A DNA stretch of 64,000 nucleotides from Chrysemys picta bellii (Eukaryota), in contig NC_088810.1 in the NCBI RefSeq assembly GCF_011386835.1, forward strand, positions 22,754,001 through 22,818,000, given 5' to 3'. The notes beneath the pieces are model-generated. The model had not been told where the DNA came from and did not search any database. It was given only the letters and a program-made list of their open reading frames with translations. The position numbers were made by a program, and so were the translations under genes. Position 1 is the first letter of the stretch. Each line of letters starts with the position of its first letter. Positions 24,020-36,095 of this stretch are shown in pieces.

Positions 24020-25451
24020 GTCCTCGTCTACACTACGAGTTTAGGTCAAATTTTGCAGCGTTAGATCGATTTAACTCTGCATCCCTCCACACGACAAAGC
24101 GATTTTTGTCGTCTTAAGGGGGTCTTAAAATGAATTTCTGTACTCCTCCCCTGACGAAGGGATTACCACTGAAATCAACATCACCGAGTTGAATTTGGGG
24201 TATTGTGGACATAATTTGACAGTATTGGCCTCCGGGAGCTATCCCGGAATGCTCCATTGTGACCATTCTGGACAGGACTCTCAACCCAGCTGCATTGGCC
24301 AAGTAGACCGGAAAAGTCTGGCGAACTTTTGAATTTTATTTCCTGTTTGGCCAGCATGGCAAGCTGATCAGCACAGGTGACCAAGCAGAGCTCATCAGCA
24401 GAGGTGACATGGAGTCCCAGAATCGCAAAAGAGCTCCAGCATGGACCGAACGGGAGGTACTGCCTCTGATCGGTGTATGGGGAGATGAATCCGTGCTATC
24501 AGAACTCCGCTCCAAAAGACGAAATGCCAAAATATTTGAAAAAATCTTCCCAGAGTCACTACCCTTGATAGCTGAATGTCAGTGATTGCATTGGCTACTT
24601 GAATCACAGCAGTCCCCACAGTCGATTTGCCCACTCCAAATTGATTACCAACTGACCGGCAGCAGTCTGGCATTGCAAGCTTCCACATGGATATGGCCAC
24701 TCACTTCTCAACAGTCAGGGTAGCTCTCATCTTGGTATTCCGGCACTTCAGGGTGGGGGAAAGTAACTCATAGAGTTCCAGGAAAGTGGCCTTACGCATG
24801 CGAAAATTTCACAGCCACTGGGAAACATCCCATACCTGCAACACTATGCGGTCCCACCGGTCTGTGCTTGTTTGCCGGGTCCGGAATCGGCGTTCCACTG
24901 TATCAACCAGCCCCACTGCCGCCGTGATGTCCCAATTGCCACAGCCCGTGCTTTCACGAACGTCTGTGTCCATGTCCACATCACAATCGTCCTCGTGCTG
25001 CCGTCTCTTGGCCAGGTTCTGCACATACCGCAGGATAATGCGTGAGGTGTTTACAATGCTTGCAAGAGCAACGGTGAGTTGGGCGGGCTCCATGCTTGCT
25101 GTGCTACTGTGTCTGCACCAGGCAAAAAGGCGCGAAATGATTGTCTGGAGTTGCTTTCACAGAGGGTGGGGAGAGTGACGACATGAACCCCAAACCACCC
25201 GCAACAATGTTTTTGCCCCATCAGGTATTGGAAGCTTAACCCATAATTCCAATGGGCAGCAGAGACAGCGGGAACTCTGGGATAGCTACCCACAGTGCAC
25301 CGCTCCGTGAGTCGATGCTAGCCACGGTAGTGAGGATGCACTCCATTGTCTTAATGCGCTTAGTGGGGACATACACAATCAACTGTATAAAATCGATTTA
25401 TAAAAATCGACTTCTATAAAATTGATCTAACTTCTTAGTGTAGACATACCC
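24020..25451. mobile_element. Old Harbinger, internally deleted (1.43 kb)
   Basis: TIRs GTCCTCGTCTACACTA / TAGTGTAGACATACCC, flanked by TAA / TTA. The Myb 5' end (MESQNRKRAPAWTEREV) is joined at ~24547 to a minus-strand transposase 5' remnant (MEPAQL..WDRIVLQVWD). Confidence 0.9.
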
Positions 25452-25454
25452 TTA

Positions 25455-26983
25455 GACATGTCAGATGTCTTCAAGTTACCAGGGCCTGATGAAATACGTC
25501 CTAGAATACTCAAGGAGCTGACTGAGTTGGTATCTGAGCCATTTGTGATCATCTTCGACAAATTACGGAAGATGGGAGAGATTCCAGAGGACTAGGAAAG
25601 GCCAAATATAGTACCCAGGTATACAAAGGGAAATAAGGACCACCCAGTGAATTACAGACCAATCTGCTTAACTTCAGTACTTAGAAAAATAATGGAGCAA
25701 ATAAGTAAGGAATCTATTTGCAAACACCTAGACGATAACAAGGTGATAAGTAGAAGTCAGCATGGAGTTGTCCAGAACAAATCATGTCAAATCAAACAAA
25801 CATCTTTCTTTGGGGGAACGCAGTAGACCTAGTATATCTTGATTTAGTAAGTCTTTTGATACTGTCTTGCATGACCTTTTCATAAACAAATTAGGGAAAT
25901 ACAACTAGATGGAGCTACTATAAGGTGGGTGCATAACTGGTTGGAAAACCGTTCCCAGAGAGTAGCTATCAGTGGTTCACAGTCATGCTGGAAGGGCATA
26001 ATGAGTGGGGTCCTACAGGGATCAGTTCTTTGTCCAGTTCTGTTCAATATCTTCATCGATGATTTAGACAATGGTATAGAGAGGACACATATAAAATTTG
26101 TGGATGATATCCAGCTGGGAGGGCTTGCAAGTGCTTTGGAGGATAGGATTAAAATTCAAAATGATCTGGACAAACTGAAGAAATGGTCTGAAGTAAATAA
26201 CATGAAATTTAATAAGGACAAATGCAAAGTATTCCATATAGGAAAGAACAATCAGTTGCACACATACAAAATGGAAAATGACTCCCTCAGATTGCCTGAC
26301 TGCCTACTGCAGAAAGGGATCTGGGGATCATAGTGGGTCACAAGGTAAATATGAGTCAACAGTGTAACACTGTTGCAAAAACCAAAACAAAACAAAAACC
26401 AATCATCTTTCTGGAATGTAGTATCAGGAGTGCTGTAAGCAAGAAATGCTGATTAGGCCTCAACTAGAGTATTGTGTCCAGTTCTGGGCGCTGCATTTCA
26501 GGAACGATATGGGCAAGTTGGAGAAAGTCCGGAGAAGAGCAACAAAAATGATTACAAGACTAGAAAACATGACCTATAAGGGAACATTGCAGAAATTGGG
26601 TTTGTATATTCTGGAGAAGAGAAGACAGAGAGGGGGCATGATAACAGTTTTCAAGCACATAATAGATTGTTAGAAGGAGGAGGGAGAAAACTTGTTCTCC
26701 TTAACCTCTGAGGATAGGACGAGAAGCAATGGTCTTAGATTGCAGATTGGGTGGTTTAGTTTGGACATTAGGAAAAGCTTCCTAACTGCCAGGGTGGTTA
26801 AGCACTGGAATAAATTGTCCAGGGAGGTTGTGGAATCTCCATCAATAGAGATCTTTAAGAGCAGGTTAGACAAACACCTGTCAGGGATGGTCTAGATAAA
26901 ACTTAGTCCTGCCATGAGTGCAGGGGACTGGACTAGATGACCTCCTAAGTTCCCTTCCAGTCCTACATTTCTGTGAGTCTATG
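25455..26983 (+). mobile_element. CR1 LINE, 5'-truncated (unit 1); its tail forms the unit junction
   Basis: ORF2 remnants 25929..26333 (SGVLQGSVLCPVLFNIF..KFVDD), 26446..26673 and 26692..26895. Tail CTACATTTCTGTGAGTCTATG. Confidence 0.92.
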
Positions 26984-28473
26984 ACTGAGCGGATGTTTTC
27001 AGAAAACTCCCCACAATAACTCCAAGACCTTTCTTTAGTGGCAACAGCTAAATCAGACCCCATCCTTGTTAGTGTATAATTGAGATAATTTTTTCCAATC
27101 TGTATTACTTTGCATTTGTCAACTTGAAATTCTACTACCATTTTCTTGCCCAGTCACCCAGTTTTGTAAGATCTCTTAGTAACTCTTTGCAGTACGCTTT
27201 GCACTTAACTATCATAAATACTTTGTGTGGTCTGCAAACTTGGCCAATTCAAAGTTTACCTCTTTTTCCAGATCATTTATGAATACACGGAAGAGCACTG
27301 GTCCCAGTACAACTCCTTTAGGGAGCCGACTGTTTACCTCTTTCTACTTTGAAAACTAAAAGTTTCCTTTCTTCCCCTTTCCCATTATATATTAACCGGT
27401 TACTGATCCATGAGAGAACCTTCCCTCTTACCCCGTAACTCCTTAGTTTGTTTAAGAGCCTTTGGTGCGGGAGCTTGTCAAAGTCTTTCTGAAAGTCCAA
27501 CTACACATTCTCCACTGGATCACGCTTGTCCATATATTTGTGGACTGATTCAAAGAATTCTAATGATTAGTAAGGCATGACTTCCCTTCACAAAAGCCAT
27601 ATTGACTCTTCCCCAGCGTATCACGGTCCTCTATATGGCTGATAATTCTGATCTTTACTATAGTTTCAACCAATTTACCTTGTACTGAACTTGAGATATT
27701 TAAAAAAATTAGTGTCACATTAGTTATCCGCTAATCATCGGATCGAGGGGCTGCTTCTTACCGCAGTTAGTACTTAGGCAATTTCATATTTGAGTTCTTT
27801 CTGAACTATTGAGTGAATACCATCTGGTCCTGGCGACTTATTACCATTTAATATATGAGTTTGTGCTATTGTCCTGGTCATGTGTCCAGCACAGTATTGT
27901 AACCCAGAAGGTCTGTTTCTAAGGCCATTGAACTGATGGGAGAGACATTCATGCAGTTCCAAAGGGTGTTGGCTCAAACACAAAGTGTACAGCTAAGGGT
28001 GAGAATATACACCTGCAGAATAATATCTCCCACCCCTCAAGAATTCCACCTTGCCGCTAATTAGATACTAGTTGGAATTTAAAGAACAAAATGGAATCCT
28101 GCAGATCCCAGCAGATTGTAATATTGATACACCTTTGAGTCACCTTCATATTTTGAAGTTATTCAATGAAGAAGTAATGCAATGGAACTGGATTTATACC
28201 TCTGTCAACACCAAGGAGATTACTGAGATGATACCAGGAAGGTATGTTGCCCATAAAACTTTCAGATTTAAGGAACTTCAGGGTGTAATATGCATGTCAT
28301 CCATAAGTGGAATTGAAAATTGAGTAATTGATCAACCATAGCAAAGCCATTAAAATAATTAGAGGATAATAATAATTATCATATTAAGTAAGAAAACATT
28401 TTGTTCTGTCACTGGTAATGCATCCAAGAAAACACTTTGTTTGCTTATTGAAAGGGTGTCTCCTATCCTTCCC

Positions 28474-28563
28474 ATTGGCTACAAAAGCATATAAAAGTGC
28501 TTGCAACTTTGGGTTGTTGTATCCACTTCTCTTGACTTCATCCCCTTGGTGTACTGGGTAAGT
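28474..28563 (+). promoter_or_regulatory. CBP copy 2 core promoter, exon 1 and donor
   Basis: ATTGG 28474, TATAAAA 28490-28496, donor at 28557/28558, acceptor AG 29637-29638. Confidence 0.82.
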
Positions 28564-29658
28564 CTACTGAATTCAAATTACTCTAGTGGTCGCTTTAGTG
28601 ATAGTTTTAACTATGGATTGAACCTTCACCAATACTGTGTGATTTTAGCAATAATAATGAGGGTAGTTTTTATACAACTAGTCAGTTGCAGGCCTTGGTG
28701 GTGGAGGAATTTAAACATATCATGCTGGGATTTTAAAATCCACATATGGGATTGGGACACCCATTTGCAATAAATATAATAGGGGGTAGTGCATGTAAAT
28801 CCATTAGACAATTATGAAAAATCTCAGCTTTAGGCTACTTTAGGTATGGAGAGTTTTATTCTGACTCTTTATTGATAAATACAATTGCCAGACGGTCAGC
28901 TGACTTCACTGGACTCAGAGCTATTTGTCCAAGATGATCATCTGACCCTGCTGTTTCCATAAAAGGCTGGAGATCCGTTTTGAAATATAACAATTGAAGA
29001 GCAACTTGATTGTTCTTTTTAGTTTAGTGGATGATGAAGATCTAGATAAGTTTCAGAATTTAGAAGTGCTTTATAGGAATTTCCCTTCAGGGCAAATCTA
29101 GCCCCTAGTTTACTGATGGTAAGAAGAAATTCTCCTTATGAGCAGTTTCCTCCATAATGGGCCATGTCAGGGCTCCTATCATTTTCTCTGAAGAGTGTCG
29201 TGCTGCACAGCATTAGAGAAAGGACACTGGATGAGTTGGATCACTGAGCTGACCCACTATGGCAAAACTTAAAGTCTTATGTGTAGAAGTTGTAATCTCT
29301 GATCCAGACCTTTAGCTGGTACAAGCTGGAATAGCAGTTTTGAATTAAAAGTAGCTCTCACTGACTTCACAGGGTGTTGTGCAACTTAATGGTTGCATGA
29401 AGCAGTGAAGAGGTAACTTGTTTTGAAATTGCTGGGATTTTGTGTGTGTGTGTGTGTGTCTGAAGCCTAAGGGGAATGGGTGCGAATGAATAGAAGGAAG
29501 AAACGGGAGCAGATATGTGGCCTTCAAAAAACCTACCTACCTATCTCGCCCCTCTTACTCTAAAACTCAAACCATGAATCTCTTATTTCAATCTCAACTG
29601 TGTCTCATGGTTTCTTTACTCCCTCCTGTGTTTTTCAGGATTCCCTCCAACACAGAAA

Positions 29659-30201
29659 ATGACTTACTGCCCACCCCAGGATTGTTATCCCGATATATGC
29701 CCACGTCCATGTATTGACGTCCGCAACGAGCCGTGTATCTCATCATGCGGAGATTCGACTGCAGTGGTCTTTGCGCCACCAGTTGTTGTGAGATTCCCGG
29801 GACCAACTATGGCTACATGTCCTCAAGACAGCTTCGTAGGAAGCTCCTTACCAAATTTGCCAATTAGACCTGGGGGCTCATATGGTGGATCAATTACTTA
29901 TGGGGGAGGTTATGGTGGTGGTTATGGGGGAGGTAACAGTGTTGTTGGTTCTGGTGGAGGATTCGGAGGCTCAACTGGTTATGGGGGAGTATATGGAGGT
30001 GGAGTCGGGGGTGGTTATGGGGGTGGTTACGGGGGTGGAGCTGGGGGTGGTTATGGGGGCGGAGCCGGGGGTGGCTATGGGGGTTGTTATGGAGGCTCAT
30101 ATGGTTCTGGAGGTTCATATGGTTATAACAAGAAGTCATATCGTAGCATTTCTGGGGGAGGATATTGTGGAGTCAAGAGTGGAAACTACGGGCCATGCTA
30201 A
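29659..30201 (+). CDS. Corneous beta-protein (beta-keratin), Gly/Tyr-rich, 180 aa
   Basis: Intact single-exon CDS with beta-sheet core [40 protein letters not shown], a GGGY repeat tail and end NYGPC*. ATTAAA at 30634. Confidence 0.96.
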   Translation: MTYCPPQDCYPDICPRPCIDVRNEPCISSCGDSTAVVFAPPVVVRFPGPTMATCPQDSFVGSSLPNLPIRPGGSYGGSITYGGGYGGGYGGGNSVVGSGGGFGGSTGYGGVYGGGVGGGYGGGYGGGAGGGYGGGAGGGYGGCYGGSYGSGGSYGYNKKSYRSISGGGYCGVKSGNYGPC

Positions 30202-33200
30202 ACCCAGAAGAACGATCCGAGGAATGAGAAACAATCAGAAAAATGACAAGATAGAGATTCACCACTGATCTAATGGACAATGATGCCTACAACTCGACTT
30301 GCAGACTGTGGGTGTTCATCACCTCTATAAATCAGGCCTATCTGTGTCTTCCACTTGGTACATATTGTTGTAGCTTTATGATCTACAGGTTTTGCCGCTT
30401 AGTCTTATGCTTTCTGCTATTTGACGTTGAACTGGCTAAAACAAGTCACTTGGTTGAAAAAGGGACATGATTTTCAAACTCAACAGCTTCAAGGCAGAAA
30501 GCAGATGATCTTGTGTGAAAAGCCTCACTTCGGAGCGGGTGATTGGTTCTTGCTCGGATTGTAACCCTGAAAATACATTCTTTGTACTCTGCGTTAATTC
30601 ATTCTGCAAGTGTGTAGTCCACTGCTCATTCCCATTAAAAATTATTCTGCATCATAGCATTGGCCTTCTGGTTTTCCTTTCTCCTCCATTCTTTCTATCC
30701 CAAGCAGTTTGGGTGAAATTCACCACGGTGATGGTGCTCTGTACATGCTCCCTGCACTACATCCCTCCAACTCAAGAGAATCCCTAAGCAGCAAAGTACA
30801 TTAACTGGTCAATACCATGGTGCTGGCCATCTGCCCAGGGGAGATAAGTACTAACTGTGGTAAGAAGAAGATATTCCCCCTTGCTCCAAAAGTATCAGAA
30901 GGGAATTAGAATATATTTCCCTGCTCTAAATATTACATAAAATTGTAGAATCCTTGAACTCCAGGGCTGGAAGGAACCTTGGGAGGTCACCAAGTTCAGA
31001 CCTCTGGGAGGCGGCAGGACCTGACCTGACTGGTCTTTGTCTAAACTCTCCTTATAAACCTTCAGTGATGTAGATTCCACAACTTCCCGTGAAAGCCTGA
31101 AATCAACACTTTACGATCATTAGAGTTAGAAAGTCATTGCTAATATCTAACCTGTATTTCCCATCATGCAGATTAAGCCAATTACATCTCATCTTGTCTT
31201 CAGTGGACGCAGAACTATTGATCACCATGTTCTTTAAAACGGCCCTACACATATTTGAAAACTGTTACCCAGTCCCCCGTCAGTCTGCTTTTCTGAACAC
31301 TAAACATGCCCAGTGTTTTCAATTTGTCCTCAGAGGTCAGGGTTCTAAAACTTTTGTCATTTTACTAGCTCTCCTCTGGACTCTCTCCAGTTTGTCCACA
31401 TCTTCCCCACTGAAGTGTGCTGGGCAAAATTGGGTACAAAACTCCAGCTGAGGCCTTTATTGAATTTCATTTTGTTGATTTCAGATGAAGTCTCCAATTA
31501 GTGAAGCTCATTTTGAATTCTTAACCTGTCTTCCAAAGTGCTTGCAACCCCTCTCAGCTTGGTGTCCTCTGCAAATATTATCAGTGAACTGTCCACTCCA
31601 GTATTCAAGTTATTAGAGAAAATACTGAAGAGTAAAAGACCCAGGACAACCTCCTCTGGCTACCCCCCACCCCCTAGGTATAGCATCCTAGATTGACAGC
31701 AAACCATTGATAACCAATCTTTGAGTCCAGTCTTTCAACCAGTTATATAGCCACGTGATAATAATTTTGTCTGAACCATGTGGTTGAGGGAAATGTTTCC
31801 CAAGTTTGCTTATAAGAATGTCTGGTGTGACTGTGTCAAAAACTTTCCTAACATCAAGATATAGGTAGGACTTTAAAATAATTTCCCTCCAGTTAATTTA
31901 TGATAATATGAATATTTAAGTGAATATAAGGGAAAGGATTTTTAGTTGAATAATGAATTTTCTTCAGCTGACTCTGTGTCATTGCACTCCATATGTTTTA
32001 TGGAAATGTGCTTTTGAGTGTGAATATGATGTAACTGGAACATGCTTTGTGCAAAAGGTCTCTTGTAAGGTATCATATCAAACGTTATAACCTATAGGAA
32101 TATATTTCTTCTATTTGGATGCATGTATCATTCTTCTATCTGAAGCCAGAAATATGAAGTATAACTCTGAGGTCCTATTGTAATTATGCAAAGTGTGGGC
32201 CATTAATGGTGGTTTAGAATCTTGATGGCTCCCATTGACTAGGACAATTGGTTGTAAATGGTTTATTTACCTGCACACCTTCCTGTGTAGGTGTGGGCCA
32301 ACCCAGGAAGAATGGAGACTAGGGGTCTTACTGTGACATGTGACCATGTCACACGATACTGGAATCCATTTAATCCTTGTACTTTTCCATTGATGAGGCA
32401 GAGGTGGGGACAAGCACAGAGAGAAGATTCCCGCCTTGTGCCAAAGCTATAAAAAGGGGTGGAGCAGGACAATGGGGGCTACCAGTCATGAGAAAACCCC
32501 TGCCTGCCACCTGAGATGTCTGCTGGAACTAACAAGGACTGTACGGGGGGAAAGGATTGGGCCCAGATTAGGAAGGAGTCTAGTCTGTGAAAGGACCTTA
32601 CTGCAACATCTCTGAGGGTGAGATATTATCTGCAATCAGTTTCTTAATGTATTAGGCTTAACCTTGCGTGTTTTCACTTTATTTTGCTTGGTGACTTACT
32701 TTGGTCTGTCTGTTATTACTTGAAACCATTTAACTCCTACTTTTTACACTTAATAAAATCACTTTTGTTTATTAATAAACACAGAGTTAGGGTATGTCTA
32801 CACTACGAAATTAGTTCGAATTTATAGAAGCCCGTTTTATTGAAATCGGTTGTATACAGCCGATTGTGTGTGTCCACATAAAATGCTCTAGGTGCTCTAG
32901 TCGGCGGACCGCATCCACAGTACGAGGCTAGCGTCGACTTCCGGAGCATTGCACTATGGGTAGCTATCCCACAGCTAACCCACAGTTCCCTCAGTCTCCG
33001 CCGCCCCTTGGAATTCTGGGTTGAGATCCCAATGCCCGGATGATGCAAAACAGTGTCGCGGGCGGTTCTGGGTACATGTCGTCAGGCCCCTCCCCCCCCG
33101 TCACAGCAACGGCAGACAATAGATTCGCGCCTTTTTACCTGGGTTACCTGTGCAGACAACATACCACGGCAAGCATGGAGCCCGCTCAGCTCAGCTGAGC

Positions 33201-34231
33201 TCACCGTCACCATATGTCCTCTGGGTGCCGGCAGACGTGGGACTGCATTGCTACACAGCAGCAGCTGCTAACTGCCTTTTGGCGGTAGACGGTGTAGCGT
33301 GAGTGATAGCCGTGGGGCTGGCAGCCGTAGGGCTGCATTGCACCAGCCCCTTACCCTTTGGTAGGCGATGGTATATTATGACTGGTACCCATCGTCGTCG
33401 TACTGGAGTGGCTGTCAATCATGGCCACCTGGGCAGACATGCTACTGTTTCGATGATGATGGCTACCAGTCGTAGTATACTATTTTCTGCCAATTGCCCA
33501 GTATTGTCTGCTAAGCACCCAGAAGAGGCCGAGGGCGATGCTGGGTGCTGGCGGACGTGGGGCTGGCAGACGTGGGGCTGCATTGCTACACAGCAGCAGC
33601 CCCTTGCCTTTTGGCAGACGATGGTATATTATGATTGGTATCCATCATCATCGTACTGGAGAGGCTATCACTCATGCTGCACCGTCGGCTGCCAGCTTAA
33701 GATGTAAAAAATAGATTTGTTCTGTATTCATTTGCTTCCCCTTCCTCCGTGAAATCAATGGCCTGCTAAGCCCAGGGTTTTCAGTTTAATCTTTGGGGGG
33801 ACCATTCTGTGTGACAGTTGTTTGTGTTTCTCCCTGTTCCTGTACCTGTACGCCATGTCGTCACTCGGCCCTCCCTCCCGTCCTCCCTCCTTCTCCTGGT
33901 CCATCAGATACTAGTTTCGCGCCTTTTTTCTGACCAGGCGCCATAGCTAGCACTGGGATCATGGAGCCCGCTCAGATCACCGCGGCAATTATGAGCACTA
34001 TGAACACCACGCGCATTGTCCCGGTTCACTCTACTTCCCTGTAAACCAACCACCCCACCCCACCCTCCCCTCCCCAATTCGAGCACCGCTTGCAGAGGCA
34101 ATAAAGTCATTGTTTTTTCACATTCATGCATTCTTTATTAGTTCCTCACAGAAGTAGGGGGATAATTGCCAAGGTAGCCTGGGATGGGTGGGGGAGGAGG
34201 GATGGAAAAGGACACACTGCATTTTAAAACT

Positions 34232-36095
34232 TTAACTCTTATTGAAGGCCAGCCTTCTGATGCTTGGGCGATCATCTGGGGTGGAGTGACTGGGTGGCCG
34301 GAGGCCCCCCCACCGTGTTCTTGGGCGTCTGGGTGAGGAGGCTATGGAACTTGGGGAGGAGGGCTGTTGGTTACACAGGGGCTGTAGCGGCGGTCTCTGC
34401 TCCTGCTGCCTTTCCTGCAGCTCAACCATACGCTCGAGCATATCAGTTTGATGCTCCAGCAGACGGAGCATTGACTCTTGCCGTCTGTCTGCAAGCTGAC
34501 GCCACCTATCGTCTTCAGCCCGCCACTTGCTCTTTTCATCCCGCCATTCAGCCCGCCACCTCTCCTCTCGTTCATATTGTGCTTTTCTCATGTCCGACAT
34601 TGACTGCCTCCATGCATTCTGCTGTGCTCTATCAGCATGGGAGGACATCTGCAGCTCCGTGAACATATCGTCCCTCGTCCTACGTTTTCTCTTTCTAATG
34701 TTCACTAGCCTCTGCGAAGGAGAAACATTTGCAGCTGGTGGAGGAGAAGGGAGAGGTGGTTAAAAAAAGACACATTTTAGAGAACAATGGGTACACTCTT
34801 TCATTACAAGGTCGCATATTTCGGCTTGCAGGCAGCCATGGCAGGCCACAGTGTTTTGGCTTTTTTAACCTTCTTAACATGCGGGAAAGGTTTCAAACAG
34901 CAGCGCATTTCCCATATCAAGGATGAATTGGGTTGTCCATTTAAAATGGGTTTTCAATGTAAAAGGAGGGGCTGCGGTTTCCCGGTTAACATGCGGCACA
35001 AACAAGTAAACCACCCCCCCACACACACACACAGGATTCTCTGGGATGATCACTTCACCCCTCCCCTCCACCGCGTGGTTAACAGCGGGGAACGTTTCTG
35101 TTCAGAAGAGCAGGAACGGGCGCCCCTGAATGTCCCCTTAATAAAATCACCCCATTTCAACCAGGTGACCATGAATGATATCACTCTCCTGAGGATAACA
35201 AAGAGAGATAAGGAATGGATATTGTCTGCATGCCAGCAAACACCGGGACCATACGCTGCCATGCTTTGTTATGCAATGATTCCAGACTACGTGCTACTGG
35301 CCTGGCGTGGTAAAGTGTCCTACCATGGCGGACGGGATAAGGCAGCCCTCCCCAGAAACCTTTTGCAAACGCTTTGGGAGTACATAAAGGAGAGCTTTCT
35401 GGAGATGTCCCTGGAGGATTTCCGCTCCATCCCCATACACGTTAACAGACTTTTCCAGTAGATGTACTGGCCGCGATTGCCAGGGCAAATTAATCATTAA
35501 ACACGCTTGCTTTTAAACCACGTGTAATGTTTACAAATTTTTACAAAGGTACACTCACCAGAGGTCTCCTGTGTGCCCTGAGGGTCTTGGGTGAGTTCGG
35601 GGGTTACTGGTTCCAGGTCCAGGGTCACAAACATATCCTGGCTGTTGGGGAAACCGGTTTCTCCGCTTCCTTGCTGCTGTGAGCTACCTACAGTACCTCC
35701 ATCCTCATCTTCCTCGTTCCCCGAACCGTCTTCCCTGTGTGTTTCTCCAGTGAGAGAGTCATAGCACACGGTTGGGGTAGTGGTGGCTGCACCCCCTAGG
35801 ATCGCATGCAGCTCCGCGTAGTAGCGGCAAGTTTGCGGCTCTGCCCCGGACCTTCCGTTTGCTTCTCTGGCTTTGTGGTAAGCTTGCCGTAGCTCCTTAA
35901 TTTTCACGCGGCACTGCTGTGTGTCCCTGTTATGGCCTCGGTCCTTCATGGCCTTGGAGATCTTTTCTAATACTTTTCCATTTCTTTTACTGCTACGGAG
36001 TTCAGCTATCACTGCTTCATCTCCCCATATGCGAGCAGATCCCGTACCTCCCGTTCGGTCCATAATGGAGCTCTTTTGCGATCCTGGGACTCCAT
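34232..36095 (-). pseudogene. Harbinger Myb/SANT-like gene, two exons (36095-35559, 34734-34232), frameshifted
   Basis: Homologous to 46508..48060. A 1-bp deletion at 36030/1 (CTCGCATATGG vs CTCGCCATATGG) shifts the frame after ~22 codons. GT-AG sites are preserved. Confidence 0.85.
35165..35461 (+). CDS. Putative BEN-domain terminal exon nested antisense in the Myb intron (98 aa; 96 aa from ATG 35171)
   Basis: Open frame VTMNDITLL..TPGPYAAMLCYAMIPD..KVSYHGGRDKAALPRNLLQTLWEYIKESF..FRSIPIHVNRLFQ*. Acceptor CTTAAT..CCCATTTCAACCAG| at 35164 and ATTAAA at 35496. Motif spacing matches BEN domains by manual comparison only. Confidence 0.6.
   Translation: MTMNDITLLRITKRDKEWILSACQQTPGPYAAMLCYAMIPDYVLLAWRGKVSYHGGRDKAALPRNLLQTLWEYIKESFLEMSLEDFRSIPIHVNRLFQ

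Larger units (their letters stand above)
17294..26983 (+). repeat. Tandem array unit 1 (~9.7 kb)
   Basis: Order: CR1(-), promoter, CBP, CR1(-), LTR, spacer, old Harbinger, CR1(+). The same order recurs downstream at high identity. Confidence 0.92.

Noticed and set aside
28501-28773. ORF spanning exon 1 and the intron (also 41691, 53125)
   Set aside because: It has a TTG start, runs through the splice donor and is not frame-conserved across units.
34787-35164. N-terminal 126 aa of the 224-aa ORF as part of the BEN-like protein
   Set aside because: The frame is not preserved in copy B (stop or frameshift at homopolymer runs), and the conserved acceptor sits at 35164. I do not claim it as coding, though a small additional exon cannot be excluded.
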